NCBI GenBank assembly: GCA_963713045.1
Contig: CAVQKE010000003.1
Span: 1,280,001-1,344,000 of the forward strand
From: an uncultured delta proteobacterium
GTDB taxonomy: Bacteria; Myxococcota; Myxococcia; Myxococcales; Myxococcaceae
Reading direction: 5' to 3'
Length of the DNA stretch: 64,000 nt
Part shown: piece after piece, positions 9,854-21,758 of the stretch
Numbering within the stretch: the first letter of the stretch is position 1
Layout: the number at the start of each line of letters is the position of its first letter
Program-made: the position numbers and the translations under genes
Notes under the pieces: generated by a model
The model's input: only the letters and a program-made list of their open reading frames with translations
What the model was told of the DNA's origin: nothing
Databases searched by the model: none

Positions 9854-10635
9854 CCGGTCTTCCTCGGCGTTTCAGGGTCTGCCTCGCGGCGGAAAAATTG
9901 ACGCACCACTGGGTCTTCGGAGTGGTCACGGAGGTCCGCCGGCTTCCCCTCGGCGATGATTGTTTTCCGCTCGCCTTCCACCATGATGCAGCGGTCGGCA
10001 ATCGCAAAAATGCTTTGCAGCTCGTGAGTCACCACGACGAAGGTGATGCCAAAATCACGCGAGAGGCCACGAATCAGCCGGTCCAGCCCCGCAGAAGTAA
10101 TCGGGTCCAACCCGGCCGAGGGCTCGTCGAGGAAAAGGATGGCCGGGTCCAGCGCCATCGCCCGCGCGATGCCGGCGCGCTTTTGCATGCCGCCGGACAG
10201 CTCGGCCGGCATGCGGAGCGCTGCGTCGAAGAGGCCGACCAGTTTGAGCTTGGTCAGGGCGACCAGCTCTCGCTCAGACAGGTCCAAGCGGGTGAATTCG
10301 TCCAGTGGAAGTCGGGCGTTTTCGACCAGCGTCATCGAGCCGAAGAGCGCGCCGCTCTGGTACATGACGCCGAATTTGTTGAGCAGCCGGAGCCGCTCTG
10401 GACCTTGGGCGGAAACCATGTCGACGCCGTCGAAGAGAATTTTCCCATGGAGGGGTTCCAACAGACCAATCATGCACTTGAGGAGCGAACTCTTTCCGGA
10501 ACCGGAACCTCCGAGGATGACGAAAACCTCGCCCCGTTGGACTTGGAAGTTGAGGTCCTGCTGAACCACCCGCTCGCCGTAGGCAATGGTGAGGTGCTCG
10601 ACCACGATGATGGGCTGCTTGTCGGCGCCAGTCAT
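9850..10635 (-). CDS. MlaF-like ABC transporter ATP-binding protein
   Basis: Walker A GGSGSGKS, signature LSGGMQKR, Walker B LFLDEP and VTHE; ATGA overlap with the permease gene. Confidence 0.92.
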   Translation of the reverse strand: MTGADKQPIIVVEHLTIAYGERVVQQDLNFQVQRGEVFVILGGSGSGKSSLLKCMIGLLEPLHGKILFDGVDMVSAQGPERLRLLNKFGVMYQSGALFGSMTLVENARLPLDEFTRLDLSERELVALTKLKLVGLFDAALRMPAELSGGMQKRAGIARAMALDPAILFLDEPSAGLDPITSAGLDRLIRGLSRDFGITFVVVTHELQSIFAIADRCIMVEGERKTIIAEGKPADLRDHSEDPVVRQFFRREADPETPRKTG

Positions 10636-11765
10636 ATGTCGAAGGCAAAGGCGAAGACGGAGAACACGGCGTCGATGATGATGATGAGCAAGATGCCGGA
10701 GACCACCGCTCGGGTGGCCGAGTCCCCGACGGCGCTTGGCCCCTGGCGGGTGCGCATGCCGTGGTAGCAGCCGAGGCCAGCGACCACTGTGCCGAAGACG
10801 ACGGCTTTGACGAGGCCGAAGACAATGTCTTTCAGGGCGAGGGCTGACGTCAGCTGTGACCAAATCAGCGCCAGCGGGAAGCCCATCAGCTTGGTGACGA
10901 TGACGCCGCCGAGGATGCCCATCGCCATCGAATAGGCCGTCAGCAAGGGCATGGCGAAGGTGCCGGCCAGCACCCGCTGCACGACCAGGAAGCGCATCGG
11001 GTCAAGCCCCATCGTCTTCAGCGCATCCAGCTCTTCATTCACCTTCATCGTCCCCAGCTCAGCGGCAAACGCGGAGCCCGTTCGGCCGGCAAAGACGATG
11101 GCGGTCATGATGGGGCCAAGCTCGCGGACCATCACCAGGCCAATCATGTTGGCGATGTAGATTTGCGCGCCGAATTGCTTGAGCGGCTGGGCGGCCTCAA
11201 AGGCAATAATCAACCCGGTGAGGAGGCTGATGAGCGAGACGATGAAGAGGGCATTCGCGCCCGCCTTTTCGAAGACCCGCGCCAGCTCGCCGATGCGCAC
11301 CCACTTGGGGCGACGCACCACAGCAGCCAACGCAATGCTCAGCCGCCCGAGGAAACCCACCACCTCGAGGACGTCCTGTCCAAGCCCCAGCGTCGCCGTT
11401 CCCACCTCGATTGCAATCGGCTGGCGGCCCGGGCGCCTCTCCACGGCCTTCACCTCATCGGGCGTCGGAAAAGCGGCCAGCAGCTTTTGAAGCTCGGGCC
11501 GCAGCCCCCGCAGCGTTGCCTGGACGCCGGACGTGAAGCGGCCGTGGAGAAGCTCATAGAGGATGACCATCCCCGAAGCGTCACCGGCTTGGATGTGACT
11601 CGCGTCGACTTCCACTTTCTGGAACGACTTGCCGGAAAGCTGGGTGGAAATCTCCTGGCGTGCCGTCACTGCGGTGTGGACGTCCAGCTCGCCGGAGAGC
11701 GCCAACAGGGCGCTCCCAGGGGACGTTTCCGTCAGGGCAACCGCGACCTCGGGACTGGCCTCCAC
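10632..11765 (-). CDS. MlaE-family permease with N-terminal STAS-like domain
   Basis: RELGP..TAI..AGRTGSAFAAELGTMKVNEELDAL; N-terminal LSGELD STAS-like segment. Start uncertain. Confidence 0.9.
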   Translation of the reverse strand: MEASPEVAVALTETSPGSALLALSGELDVHTAVTARQEISTQLSGKSFQKVEVDASHIQAGDASGMVILYELLHGRFTSGVQATLRGLRPELQKLLAAFPTPDEVKAVERRPGRQPIAIEVGTATLGLGQDVLEVVGFLGRLSIALAAVVRRPKWVRIGELARVFEKAGANALFIVSLISLLTGLIIAFEAAQPLKQFGAQIYIANMIGLVMVRELGPIMTAIVFAGRTGSAFAAELGTMKVNEELDALKTMGLDPMRFLVVQRVLAGTFAMPLLTAYSMAMGILGGVIVTKLMGFPLALIWSQLTSALALKDIVFGLVKAVVFGTVVAGLGCYHGMRTRQGPSAVGDSATRAVVSGILLIIIIDAVFSVFAFAFDI

Positions 11766-11904
11766 GCTCGCACCATAGAGGAGTCGCGGCCGGCTGTACG
11801 CCGTTTTGGGCACCTGGGTTCAGAGGCGACCCTTGGAAGGTCGGTGGCGCGTGCAGCCCCTTACAGCTTGCGGACGAAGAGCGGTGTAGCCTCCTGCGCT
11901 GCAC

Positions 11905-12669
11905 GTGAGCGCCAGCGTCGAAGGCACGGTACGCGCCCTGGCGGTCATCCCCGTCCGCTGGGGCTCCACCCGGTTTCCCGGAAAACCCCTCGCGACCCTT
12001 GCCGGACGGCCGCTGGTGCAGCACGTGGTGGAGGCCGCCCTCAACTCGCTGGCTTTCGAGCGGGTGCTGGTGGCCACGGACGATGAGCGCATTGCCGAGG
12101 CGGTGGCCCGTTTCGGCGGCGACGTCGAGCTGACGTCCGCGGCGCATCGCTCGGGAACGGACCGAGTGGCGGAAGTGGTGAGCCGCCTGCCGGCTGAGGC
12201 TCCCGACGTGGTGGTCAACGTGCAAGGCGACGAGCCGATGTTGGATGGAGCCTCCCTGCAACGCCTGGTGCACGCCTTCACGGACGTCCGGGTCGCCATG
12301 GCCACCCTGGTCCGGCCGCTGGAGGACGCGTCGGAGCGGCTGAGTCCCCACGTGGTGAAGGTGGTTCCGGACGTGCGCGGGGACGCCCTGTACTTCAGCC
12401 GGGCGGACATCCCTTTTGACCGGGATGGAATGCGGGTGCCCCGCTTCGCGCATGTCGGGCTCTACGGCTACCGTCGGGCAACGCTGTTACGCCTGGCCCA
12501 GCTGCCGCCTGGCACGCTGGAGCAGGCCGAGTCGCTGGAACAGCTCCGGGCTCTGGAGCATGGGATTCGTATCCGCTGCGTCCTGACCGAGCACCAGGGC
12601 ATGGGCGTGGATACCCCAGCGGACCTCGCGCGCGCCGAAGCGGCATTGGCAGCGCGCGGCAGCGGCTGA
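11905..12669 (+). CDS. kdsB: 3-deoxy-manno-octulosonate cytidylyltransferase
   Basis: STRFPGKPL, SGTDR, NVQGDEP, ALYFSR and LEQLRALE. Confidence 0.96.
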   Translation: MSASVEGTVRALAVIPVRWGSTRFPGKPLATLAGRPLVQHVVEAALNSLAFERVLVATDDERIAEAVARFGGDVELTSAAHRSGTDRVAEVVSRLPAEAPDVVVNVQGDEPMLDGASLQRLVHAFTDVRVAMATLVRPLEDASERLSPHVVKVVPDVRGDALYFSRADIPFDRDGMRVPRFAHVGLYGYRRATLLRLAQLPPGTLEQAESLEQLRALEHGIRIRCVLTEHQGMGVDTPADLARAEAALAARGSG

Positions 12670-15224
<2,555 letters not shown>

Positions 15225-15365
15225 CGCGCAGCGCGCCGCTGCCCGGGGTGGACATCACCTCGGCCGGGCAAATCACCCTGGGGGGAAAATCAGCTTTGCG
15301 GCCCCGGCGGTTTCGGGGCAAAGATGAAAAGGCCCCGCTGGGGCTCGTTCGAGGACGGTCACTCC

Positions 15366-15950
15366 ATGGCGGACACGCTTTACACCACGCACGACATCAG
15401 CCGGCTGTTGCAGGTCGACCCGTCCACGGTGAGCAAATGGATTGACCGCGGCATCCTGGTGGCCTTTCGCACGCCAGGCGGACACCGGCGGGTGCGCGCT
15501 GGAGATTTGCGCTCCTTTCTCATCGCCCACGAGATGCCGGTGCCGGAGGAGCTGGGAAGTTCTGCGGTGCGCCTCCTCGTGGTGGATGACGAGAAGCCAG
15601 TGCTGGATGCCGTGAAGCGCGCCTTCAAGGCCCACTCCCATCAGGTGGAGCTGACCACCACCACCTCGGGCGTCGAGGCGCTGCTCCTGGTGACCGAAAT
15701 CAAACCGCACGGCCTCCTCATCGACTTGAATATGCCGGAGGTCGACGGCTTCGAAGTCTGCCGCCGAATCAAGGCGCGGAAAAACCTGGAGGGTGTCCGG
15801 CTCATCACCATGACCGGCCGTCACAGTCCAGAGACGGTGGAGCAGTCGCTCAAGGCAGGCGCGGTGGCCTGCATCGCCAAGCCGGTGGACGTGGCCCAGG
15901 TCCTCGAAGTGTTCCGTGTTCCCTTGGCGATGAACAAGAGGGCCGGCTGA
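15366..15950 (+). CDS. Response regulator with N-terminal excisionase-like HTH and C-terminal receiver
   Basis: YTTHDISRLLQV..STV.KW..G.L...RTPGGHRR followed by LVVDDE, DLNMP and KP. Confidence 0.88.
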   Translation: MADTLYTTHDISRLLQVDPSTVSKWIDRGILVAFRTPGGHRRVRAGDLRSFLIAHEMPVPEELGSSAVRLLVVDDEKPVLDAVKRAFKAHSHQVELTTTTSGVEALLLVTEIKPHGLLIDLNMPEVDGFEVCRRIKARKNLEGVRLITMTGRHSPETVEQSLKAGAVACIAKPVDVAQVLEVFRVPLAMNKRAG

Positions 15951-15962
15951 CAGCAGCGCGCC

Positions 15963-16457
15963 CTACTTGGCGCCGGCGTCCGCGTTGTCGACAATGCGGC
16001 AGTTGCGCGCCGCACTGGTCACTTTTCCAGCGATGAGTTCCCCCAACCCTTCCCCAGCGATGGAGAGGTTGAGCGAGAAGTCGGTGCCGTTCTCGCCGCG
16101 GACTTTGATGCCGTTGCCCAGGACGAGGCGGCTGCCTTCCACCTTGGCGTCAGGCGCCACAGTCACCTTCCCCCCGAAGGAGATGGCACTTCCCGTCACC
16201 TTGGCGCCGGACTCGATGGTGACTGAGCCATTGACCGCGACGGCACTCTTCACGTGCGCACCCCGCCGGACGATGACATTGCCGTCGATGGCGACCGCGT
16301 CATTGACGTGCTTGCCCGCCTCCACCACCACGTCCTTGCCTCGAGCCACCACATCGCCGGCCTGCACCTCAATGACGCAGTCGTTCGAGGCGTCGCCGGC
16401 CTGGGCGAGGCTGGGGTAGAGCGCGACGAGGCCGAGGAGCGGGGCGAGGCGGCGCAT
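15963..16457 (-). CDS. Secreted beta-helix (polymer-forming/bactofilin-like) repeat protein
   Basis: Signal peptide ending AQA; ~17-aa repeats (AVAIDGNVIV..GAHV / AVAVNGSVTI..GAKV); GGAGG RBS. Confidence 0.65.
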   Translation of the reverse strand: MRRLAPLLGLVALYPSLAQAGDASNDCVIEVQAGDVVARGKDVVVEAGKHVNDAVAIDGNVIVRRGAHVKSAVAVNGSVTIESGAKVTGSAISFGGKVTVAPDAKVEGSRLVLGNGIKVRGENGTDFSLNLSIAGEGLGELIAGKVTSAARNCRIVDNADAGAK

Positions 16458-16618
16458 GAAGACCTCCGAAATCCTTCCTTACACGTACGCCCACACGGGG
16501 AGGCGATTGCCGAGGGTGGGAAGACTCTACGCACAGGTGGGGACTCTCCTCCCCCCAGGGTGTGGGGTGGACACCCGTGCTGGCGGCACTTTTCAGCTGA
16601 CTGACTCAGCCCTGGCCC

Positions 16619-16635
16619 TCGGTACGGTTCCTGCT
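16619..16635 (+). promoter_or_regulatory. Candidate sigma54 (-24/-12) promoter of the GH44 gene
   Basis: TCGGTACGGTTCCTGCT is GG-N10-GC with near-consensus flanks, ending 16 nt before the GTG start. Confidence 0.5.
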
Positions 16636-16651
16636 GCTTCAAACGCTCCCC

Positions 16652-18490
16652 GTGCTCGCCCCGCCCCTTCTCCTCGCCCTGGCCCTCCTCGCTCAGGTGA
16701 ACGCCGGGCCGCCCTTGTCGGTGGATGTCACCGCCAATCGACACCCCATCAGCCCAGACATTTACGGAATGAATAGCTACAGCGTCTCGGCGGCGGATGA
16801 GGCCTTCCACGCGGAGGTTCGCGTGCCGGTGACGCGGATGGGCGGAGACGCAGCCAGTCGCTACAACTGGAAAGTGGACGGAAGCAACGCCGGCCTCGAC
16901 TGGTACTTCATGGCTGGCCCCGGTATCGCCAACCCAGTCGCCAATGCCTCCGCCGATGCGGTCATCGGGCTGGCAGCCGCCTCCTTTGGACGCACGCTGC
17001 TCACCATCCCGTTGATTCCGTACATCAACAGCATTGCCACCAACTACGACTGCAGCTACCCCAACCCGCCGTTCTCGGACCAGCAGTCCTTCAACCCCTA
17101 CGTCCATCCCAATGGAAACAGCTGCGGGAACGGCATCCAAACCGACGGAGGGACTCCCATCCTCCTCACGCAGGCACAAATCGACCGCGTCAACCTGCCC
17201 AACTCGACAGCCTGGGCGACAGAATGGGTGCAGTACTTGGTGGGCCGCTATGGCAACGCTGCCGATGGCGGCGTCCTCTTCTACAACTTGGACAATGAGC
17301 CGAGCGGCTGGAGCAATACCCATCGAGACATTGTCCCAGTCAACCCACCCTACGCCGGGGACGGCGGCCTGACTGAGTTGGGCATCCAGTACGCCGCCGC
17401 CATCAAGGCAGTCGACCCGACGGCCCGAACGCTTGGCCCAGTCGACTTCGGCTACCCGGTGTACAGCGACGCCGCGGGCTATCTCGACGCCATGGCCGCG
17501 GCCGAAACCAAAGGCGGCCAGCGGCTGCTCGACTACCTCGACGAGCACTATTACCCGTCATCCAACCTGGGCAACATGGCCAACACCACCGACCCGGGAA
17601 CGGCGGCGATGCAAGCGCAGCGGCTCGAATCGACGCGCTCGCTGTGGGACCCGACGTACTCGGACCCGAGTTGGATTGGGCAGTACTACCCGCCCATCCA
17701 GCTCATCCGCTACTTCAAGCAGCTCATCGCCACCCATTACCCGGGAACGAAGCTGGCCATCAGCGAGTACAACTGGGGTGGGACGCAGAGCATCAATGGG
17801 GCGCTGGCCGAAGCCGACGTGCTTGGAATTTTTGGCCGCGAGGGACTTGATTTGGCCACCATGTGGGGACCGCCGGCGAGCACCGATGCCGTCGCCTATG
17901 CCTTCCGCATTTACAGAAACTACGACGGCCAGGGCAGCAGCTACGGCGACACGTGGGTCAGCTCCACCAGCGGCGGCGCCACCAATTCCGGGCAGGAGTC
18001 GCTGGCGATTTATGGCGCTCAGCGCACCTCGGACGGTGCGTTGACGCTGGTGGTGTTGAACAAGACGGCCGGAGACCTCACCAGCACGGTGACGCTGACC
18101 GGCTTCGCCTCCAACGGCACAGCCCAAGTCTTTAGCTACAGTCCGGCCAACCTCGCGGCGGTGGTCCGCGGGGCGGACGCCCCGGTGAGCGGCTCGACTC
18201 TCAGCACCACCTTTTCGGCCAACAGCATCACACTGTTGGTGCTGGCATCGGCCACCGGGGTGGTGGCTCCCGACGCCGGGTCGTCAGACGGCGGCGCTGC
18301 GGACGGCGGAGGGCCAGGCGGCTCCCCCGGTGGTGGCAGTCCAACATCCCCTGCCCTGAGCAGCGGCGTGCAGGGAGGCTGCAGCAGCGCGCCGGGCACG
18401 GCCGGCGCCGGCTTCGTCGCATTTCTGCTGCTGGCCTTCAGTCGTCCTCGCGGCCGAGATGCACGGTCAGGTTCTCACCCTCGCGAGTGA
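16652..18490 (+). CDS. Glycoside hydrolase family 44 (endoglucanase/xyloglucanase) with MYXO-CTERM anchor
   Basis: ISPDIYGMN, R.GG...SRYNW, acid/base LDNEP, nucleophile ISEYNWG; C-terminal GGCSSA + TM + basic tail. Confidence 0.88.
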   Translation: MLAPPLLLALALLAQVNAGPPLSVDVTANRHPISPDIYGMNSYSVSAADEAFHAEVRVPVTRMGGDAASRYNWKVDGSNAGLDWYFMAGPGIANPVANASADAVIGLAAASFGRTLLTIPLIPYINSIATNYDCSYPNPPFSDQQSFNPYVHPNGNSCGNGIQTDGGTPILLTQAQIDRVNLPNSTAWATEWVQYLVGRYGNAADGGVLFYNLDNEPSGWSNTHRDIVPVNPPYAGDGGLTELGIQYAAAIKAVDPTARTLGPVDFGYPVYSDAAGYLDAMAAAETKGGQRLLDYLDEHYYPSSNLGNMANTTDPGTAAMQAQRLESTRSLWDPTYSDPSWIGQYYPPIQLIRYFKQLIATHYPGTKLAISEYNWGGTQSINGALAEADVLGIFGREGLDLATMWGPPASTDAVAYAFRIYRNYDGQGSSYGDTWVSSTSGGATNSGQESLAIYGAQRTSDGALTLVVLNKTAGDLTSTVTLTGFASNGTAQVFSYSPANLAAVVRGADAPVSGSTLSTTFSANSITLLVLASATGVVAPDAGSSDGGAADGGGPGGSPGGGSPTSPALSSGVQGGCSSAPGTAGAGFVAFLLLAFSRPRGRDARSGSHPRE

Positions 18491-18986
18491 GGTGGACCGT
18501 CCACGGCCGGCAGCACACCGGGCAGTCCTCGACGTAGCATTCCTCCGCGAGGCCGATGGCTTCGGCGTGGACGTCGACGCGCTCCCCGCAGTAGGGGCAC
18601 CTCGCCCGGTGGCCCACGACGAGCGCCTTCCCAGCTGGCTCGCGCGCCGGAAGGCGCGGCGCGGCGGGGACTTCCTCGCCGCGGGCGGAAGCCTCCTCCC
18701 AGAGGCCGAGCTGGACCTCGAGTTCCGACACCTCCACCCCCAACAGCGTGCTGGGAAGGGCACCGAGGTGGCCGCGGGCCCGCGCAAAGAGGGTCGTTGC
18801 GCCTTCGGACTTCCCGCGGCTCCACTGGAGGAAGGCGGCGGCCAGCTGGGCCAGCGCCTGGAAAAGCTCGCGCTCCATGCCCCGGCCACTCCGCCAGCCT
18901 TCCTCCCACGCGTCGTGCGCGGCGTGAAAATCTCCACGCCGCAGGGACGAAAGGCCGTCCTGGACGGCGGCATGGCGGGCGTCCAT
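18438..18986 (-). CDS. DUF309 domain fused to a CPXCG Cys-rich domain
   Basis: F.AHDAWE..W...QALAQLAAA (DUF309) followed by CPYCGE...YVEDCPVCCRPW; AAGGAG RBS. Confidence 0.8.
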   Translation of the reverse strand: MDARHAAVQDGLSSLRRGDFHAAHDAWEEGWRSGRGMERELFQALAQLAAAFLQWSRGKSEGATTLFARARGHLGALPSTLLGVEVSELEVQLGLWEEASARGEEVPAAPRLPAREPAGKALVVGHRARCPYCGERVDVHAEAIGLAEECYVEDCPVCCRPWTVHLTREGENLTVHLGREDD

Positions 18987-19315
18987 GGTCTCGCTCCTTC
19001 CTAGGGATTGCGGCGCGTGCCGTGAAACCCCGTGACACGCCGTAGCATGGACGCTCGGGCCTGCCGCTCCGGTCAGTCGTCGCCGTGAATTTCTGCGGTT
19101 CTTCACCACCGGAGCTGTCCGGTCAAATGCAGAAGGCGGCGGAGTCCCCGAAGGACGACGACGAGCCCCCCAAAGAGACAGAGTCTGCATTAGAAATTTC
19201 CCCCCCTGCGACGGCGCTAACTCTTGACGACTTCGCATGGCTCTCCCCCTCGAATGTTCGACAACGGCGGACTGGTTGCCAAGACTAGCGTTCGAATTTG
19301 CCTTCCGAGACTGCA

Positions 19316-20287
19316 ATGAAAATTCTGGTGACTGGCCTTGGCGCAATGGGAACGTCACATGGCTGGGCGCTCGCTCAGGCAGGCGAAGACGTCCGGCATG
19401 TGGTTCGCAACCCCAGGGCAGCCCAGGCCTCCACGCCAACGCGCATTGACCTCCTGGAGTTGCGCGTCAAAAGGCGCAGGGAGCGAGGGCCCCGCGACGT
19501 GGTGTATGTGCCCAAGGTAACGACGCGCGTGGTGCCAGAGGATGGATTCGAGCTCGTCATCATCGCCACCAAACACACCGACGCTGCGGAGGCCGTTCGG
19601 GCCTACCGGGACGCGGCGCCGGGAGCGACGTTCCTCATGTTCACCGCCAACTGGTCGGGCCCCGAGGAGATTGATGCCCTTCTCCCCCGGGCCCAGTACC
19701 TCTGGGGCTATTCCGCCTCCGACGCTGGGTGGTCGGCGGACCACCGGTTGATGCTCAATCTGCGCCCCAGCATTCGCCTCGGACTCCTTCCGGGCGGCAA
19801 CCCCGGGCATTTGGACACCGTCCGCACGCTGTTTGCCAAGGCGGGGCTCTTGGCCGACCTCAAGGCCAACATCCTCGAATGGCTCTGGGTCCACCATGCT
19901 GTCAACGCCGGCACAATTGCCGGCGCGCTGTGCGCCGGCGGCATTGAAGAGGTGACTGCGAGCCCGTCGGCCATGGTGGAGACGGCTCGCGCGGTCAAGG
20001 AGGCGCTCAGCGTGGTGGCCGCGCGGGGCGTCGACCTCGGGCAGCACCCCGAAGCGCGGGCCTTTACAAAAACGCCCCTCTGGCTGGTTCCCTTGTATGC
20101 GCTTCTGTGGCGCTACCGGTTCCACTACACACTCGTCGGAAAGCGCACCGCCGCCTCGGGCCACTTCGCCTCCAACCCGGAGGAGATGAAGCAATTCTGC
20201 TTTGACGTGCTGCGCACCGCTGACGCTCTGGCGGTGCCGGTTCCGCACCTGGCCGCCCTTGGGGCGCGCATGGCGGAGCTTCCCTAG
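19316..20287 (+). CDS. Ketopantoate reductase (ApbA/PanE)-like oxidoreductase
   Basis: MKILVTGLGAMG Rossmann fold, IIATK and a PanE-like C-terminal helical domain. Confidence 0.75.
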   Translation: MKILVTGLGAMGTSHGWALAQAGEDVRHVVRNPRAAQASTPTRIDLLELRVKRRRERGPRDVVYVPKVTTRVVPEDGFELVIIATKHTDAAEAVRAYRDAAPGATFLMFTANWSGPEEIDALLPRAQYLWGYSASDAGWSADHRLMLNLRPSIRLGLLPGGNPGHLDTVRTLFAKAGLLADLKANILEWLWVHHAVNAGTIAGALCAGGIEEVTASPSAMVETARAVKEALSVVAARGVDLGQHPEARAFTKTPLWLVPLYALLWRYRFHYTLVGKRTAASGHFASNPEEMKQFCFDVLRTADALAVPVPHLAALGARMAELP

Positions 20288-20364
20288 CGGCCCGAACGCC
20301 TGCTCCGGCCAGGGAGCCAAATGGGGGGCACCGACAGCGTGTGGCTTACCGGGTAAACCCTGCG

Positions 20365-21738
20365 CTAGCGCACCGGCTCGGAGGAAAGGACGAGGTCCCC
20401 GCGGCCCAGGTACTCGCCCTCGCTGAAGGCCCCGTAGAATTCCTCGAGCATGGCGTCGAAGTCCGGGTAACGGGCTTCGCGGCGGTCGTGCGTCATCTTG
20501 TCGAAGATGAGGTCGAGCTTGCTCGGAGCGTCCGTCCGCACCTCCGAGGGAAGCGGCGAGCGGCGCCCGGGAATGGCGCCGGTCAGCATTTCATAGAGGA
20601 GAATTCCGACGCCGTAGACGTCGGCCGCGCCGCCCGCGTCCTTGGCCTTCACAATCAGTTCAGGGGCCAAATAGCTGAGCGAACCGGTGCCGACGTACAC
20701 CTGAGGCATGCCCTTGCCGGCTTCAATTTCGATGACGCGGCTCAATCCGAAGTCGCCGATTTTGGCGTTGCCATAGGCGTCAAAGAGGACGTTTTCCGGC
20801 TTGATGTTTTGATGGGTGAGGCCCTGGGCATGCGCTGCCCGCAGCGCATAGGCCAGCTGCAGGAAGGTGCGCACGGCGACCGGGACACTGAGGCCTTTGC
20901 CGCCGGTCTGGTCGAGCCGTTCGCGCAGATTCCCACGGAGCAGCTCCATCACGACGTAGGGGCGGCTGACGTCGGTATTTTGGTCGAGGATGGTCACCAC
21001 GCCTGGGTGGCGCACTTGAGCTTGCGCGCAAAGCTCGGCCTTGAGGCGCTTCACGACATCTGAGCGCTGAAGGAAGGAGAAGTAGCCAAAAATGTCCTTC
21101 AACTCTTTGATGGACACTTCGGTGCCGAGGCTGTTTTGGCGTCCCTTGTAAACGGTCCCCAGCGGCCCGGAGCCGATGGCGTCGAATTTGGTGTAGCGCA
21201 GGTCGCCCTCGGTGGTTTTGGTGCCGCCGAGAGGGCGTCCGTCCACCGCGGCACCGACGCCGTCGACGGCGGTGGTGGTGCGCCGGACTGGCGCGCGCGG
21301 CAGCGGTGTATTCGAGGGTGGCGATGCGGGGGGCTGGGTCACTGCGGTCTCCACGGTAACGTGTTCCAAGGCAGGGACGGACGTCTCCACCTCGACGGGG
21401 TAGGAGCTGACGAGCGGCTCGTCCGCGGGAGCGAGCTGCTCGGAAAAAAATTCCCCCACCTCGCCGCTGAAGCGGTCGAGCTCGTTGCCTTCCACCACCC
21501 GCTCGCCGGTGTCCGTGAGCCGAAGCTGGGCTTCGCGGTCCATGGCGATGTAGTGGAACTTGCGCAGGAAAAAGAAGTAGGCGTCGAACTCGAGTGACAC
21601 CGCCGGTTCGAGTGCCGTCTTCACATCGGCCAGCTTGTTCGAGCGACCGAGGCGCCCATTCTCCCGAAGGTTCTTCAGGATGAACAGCGCCTCGCCGCTC
21701 ACCGTGTCGCGGGTGATGGCCGCCCTCTGGATGTTCAT
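20365..21738 (-). CDS. Hanks-type Ser/Thr kinase-like protein (probable pseudokinase) with N-terminal extension
   Basis: GSGPLGTVY, SIKEL, HQNIKPEN (in place of HRD), IGDFG, YLAPE and DVYGVG. Confidence 0.85.
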   Translation of the reverse strand: MNIQRAAITRDTVSGEALFILKNLRENGRLGRSNKLADVKTALEPAVSLEFDAYFFFLRKFHYIAMDREAQLRLTDTGERVVEGNELDRFSGEVGEFFSEQLAPADEPLVSSYPVEVETSVPALEHVTVETAVTQPPASPPSNTPLPRAPVRRTTTAVDGVGAAVDGRPLGGTKTTEGDLRYTKFDAIGSGPLGTVYKGRQNSLGTEVSIKELKDIFGYFSFLQRSDVVKRLKAELCAQAQVRHPGVVTILDQNTDVSRPYVVMELLRGNLRERLDQTGGKGLSVPVAVRTFLQLAYALRAAHAQGLTHQNIKPENVLFDAYGNAKIGDFGLSRVIEIEAGKGMPQVYVGTGSLSYLAPELIVKAKDAGGAADVYGVGILLYEMLTGAIPGRRSPLPSEVRTDAPSKLDLIFDKMTHDRREARYPDFDAMLEEFYGAFSEGEYLGRGDLVLSSEPVR

Positions 21739-21758
21739 GGCGTTCGTTTCCCCCAATG

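Noticed and set aside
15225..15365. Hairpin-rich leader with GGGCAAA upstream of the response regulator (possible c-di-GMP riboswitch)
   Set aside because: Lacks the GNRA tetraloop/receptor architecture. GC-rich hairpins are expected by chance.
15366..15550. Excisionase-like HTH as a sign of a prophage
   Set aside because: It is fused to a receiver domain in a housekeeping context, and there is no integrase or phage gene.
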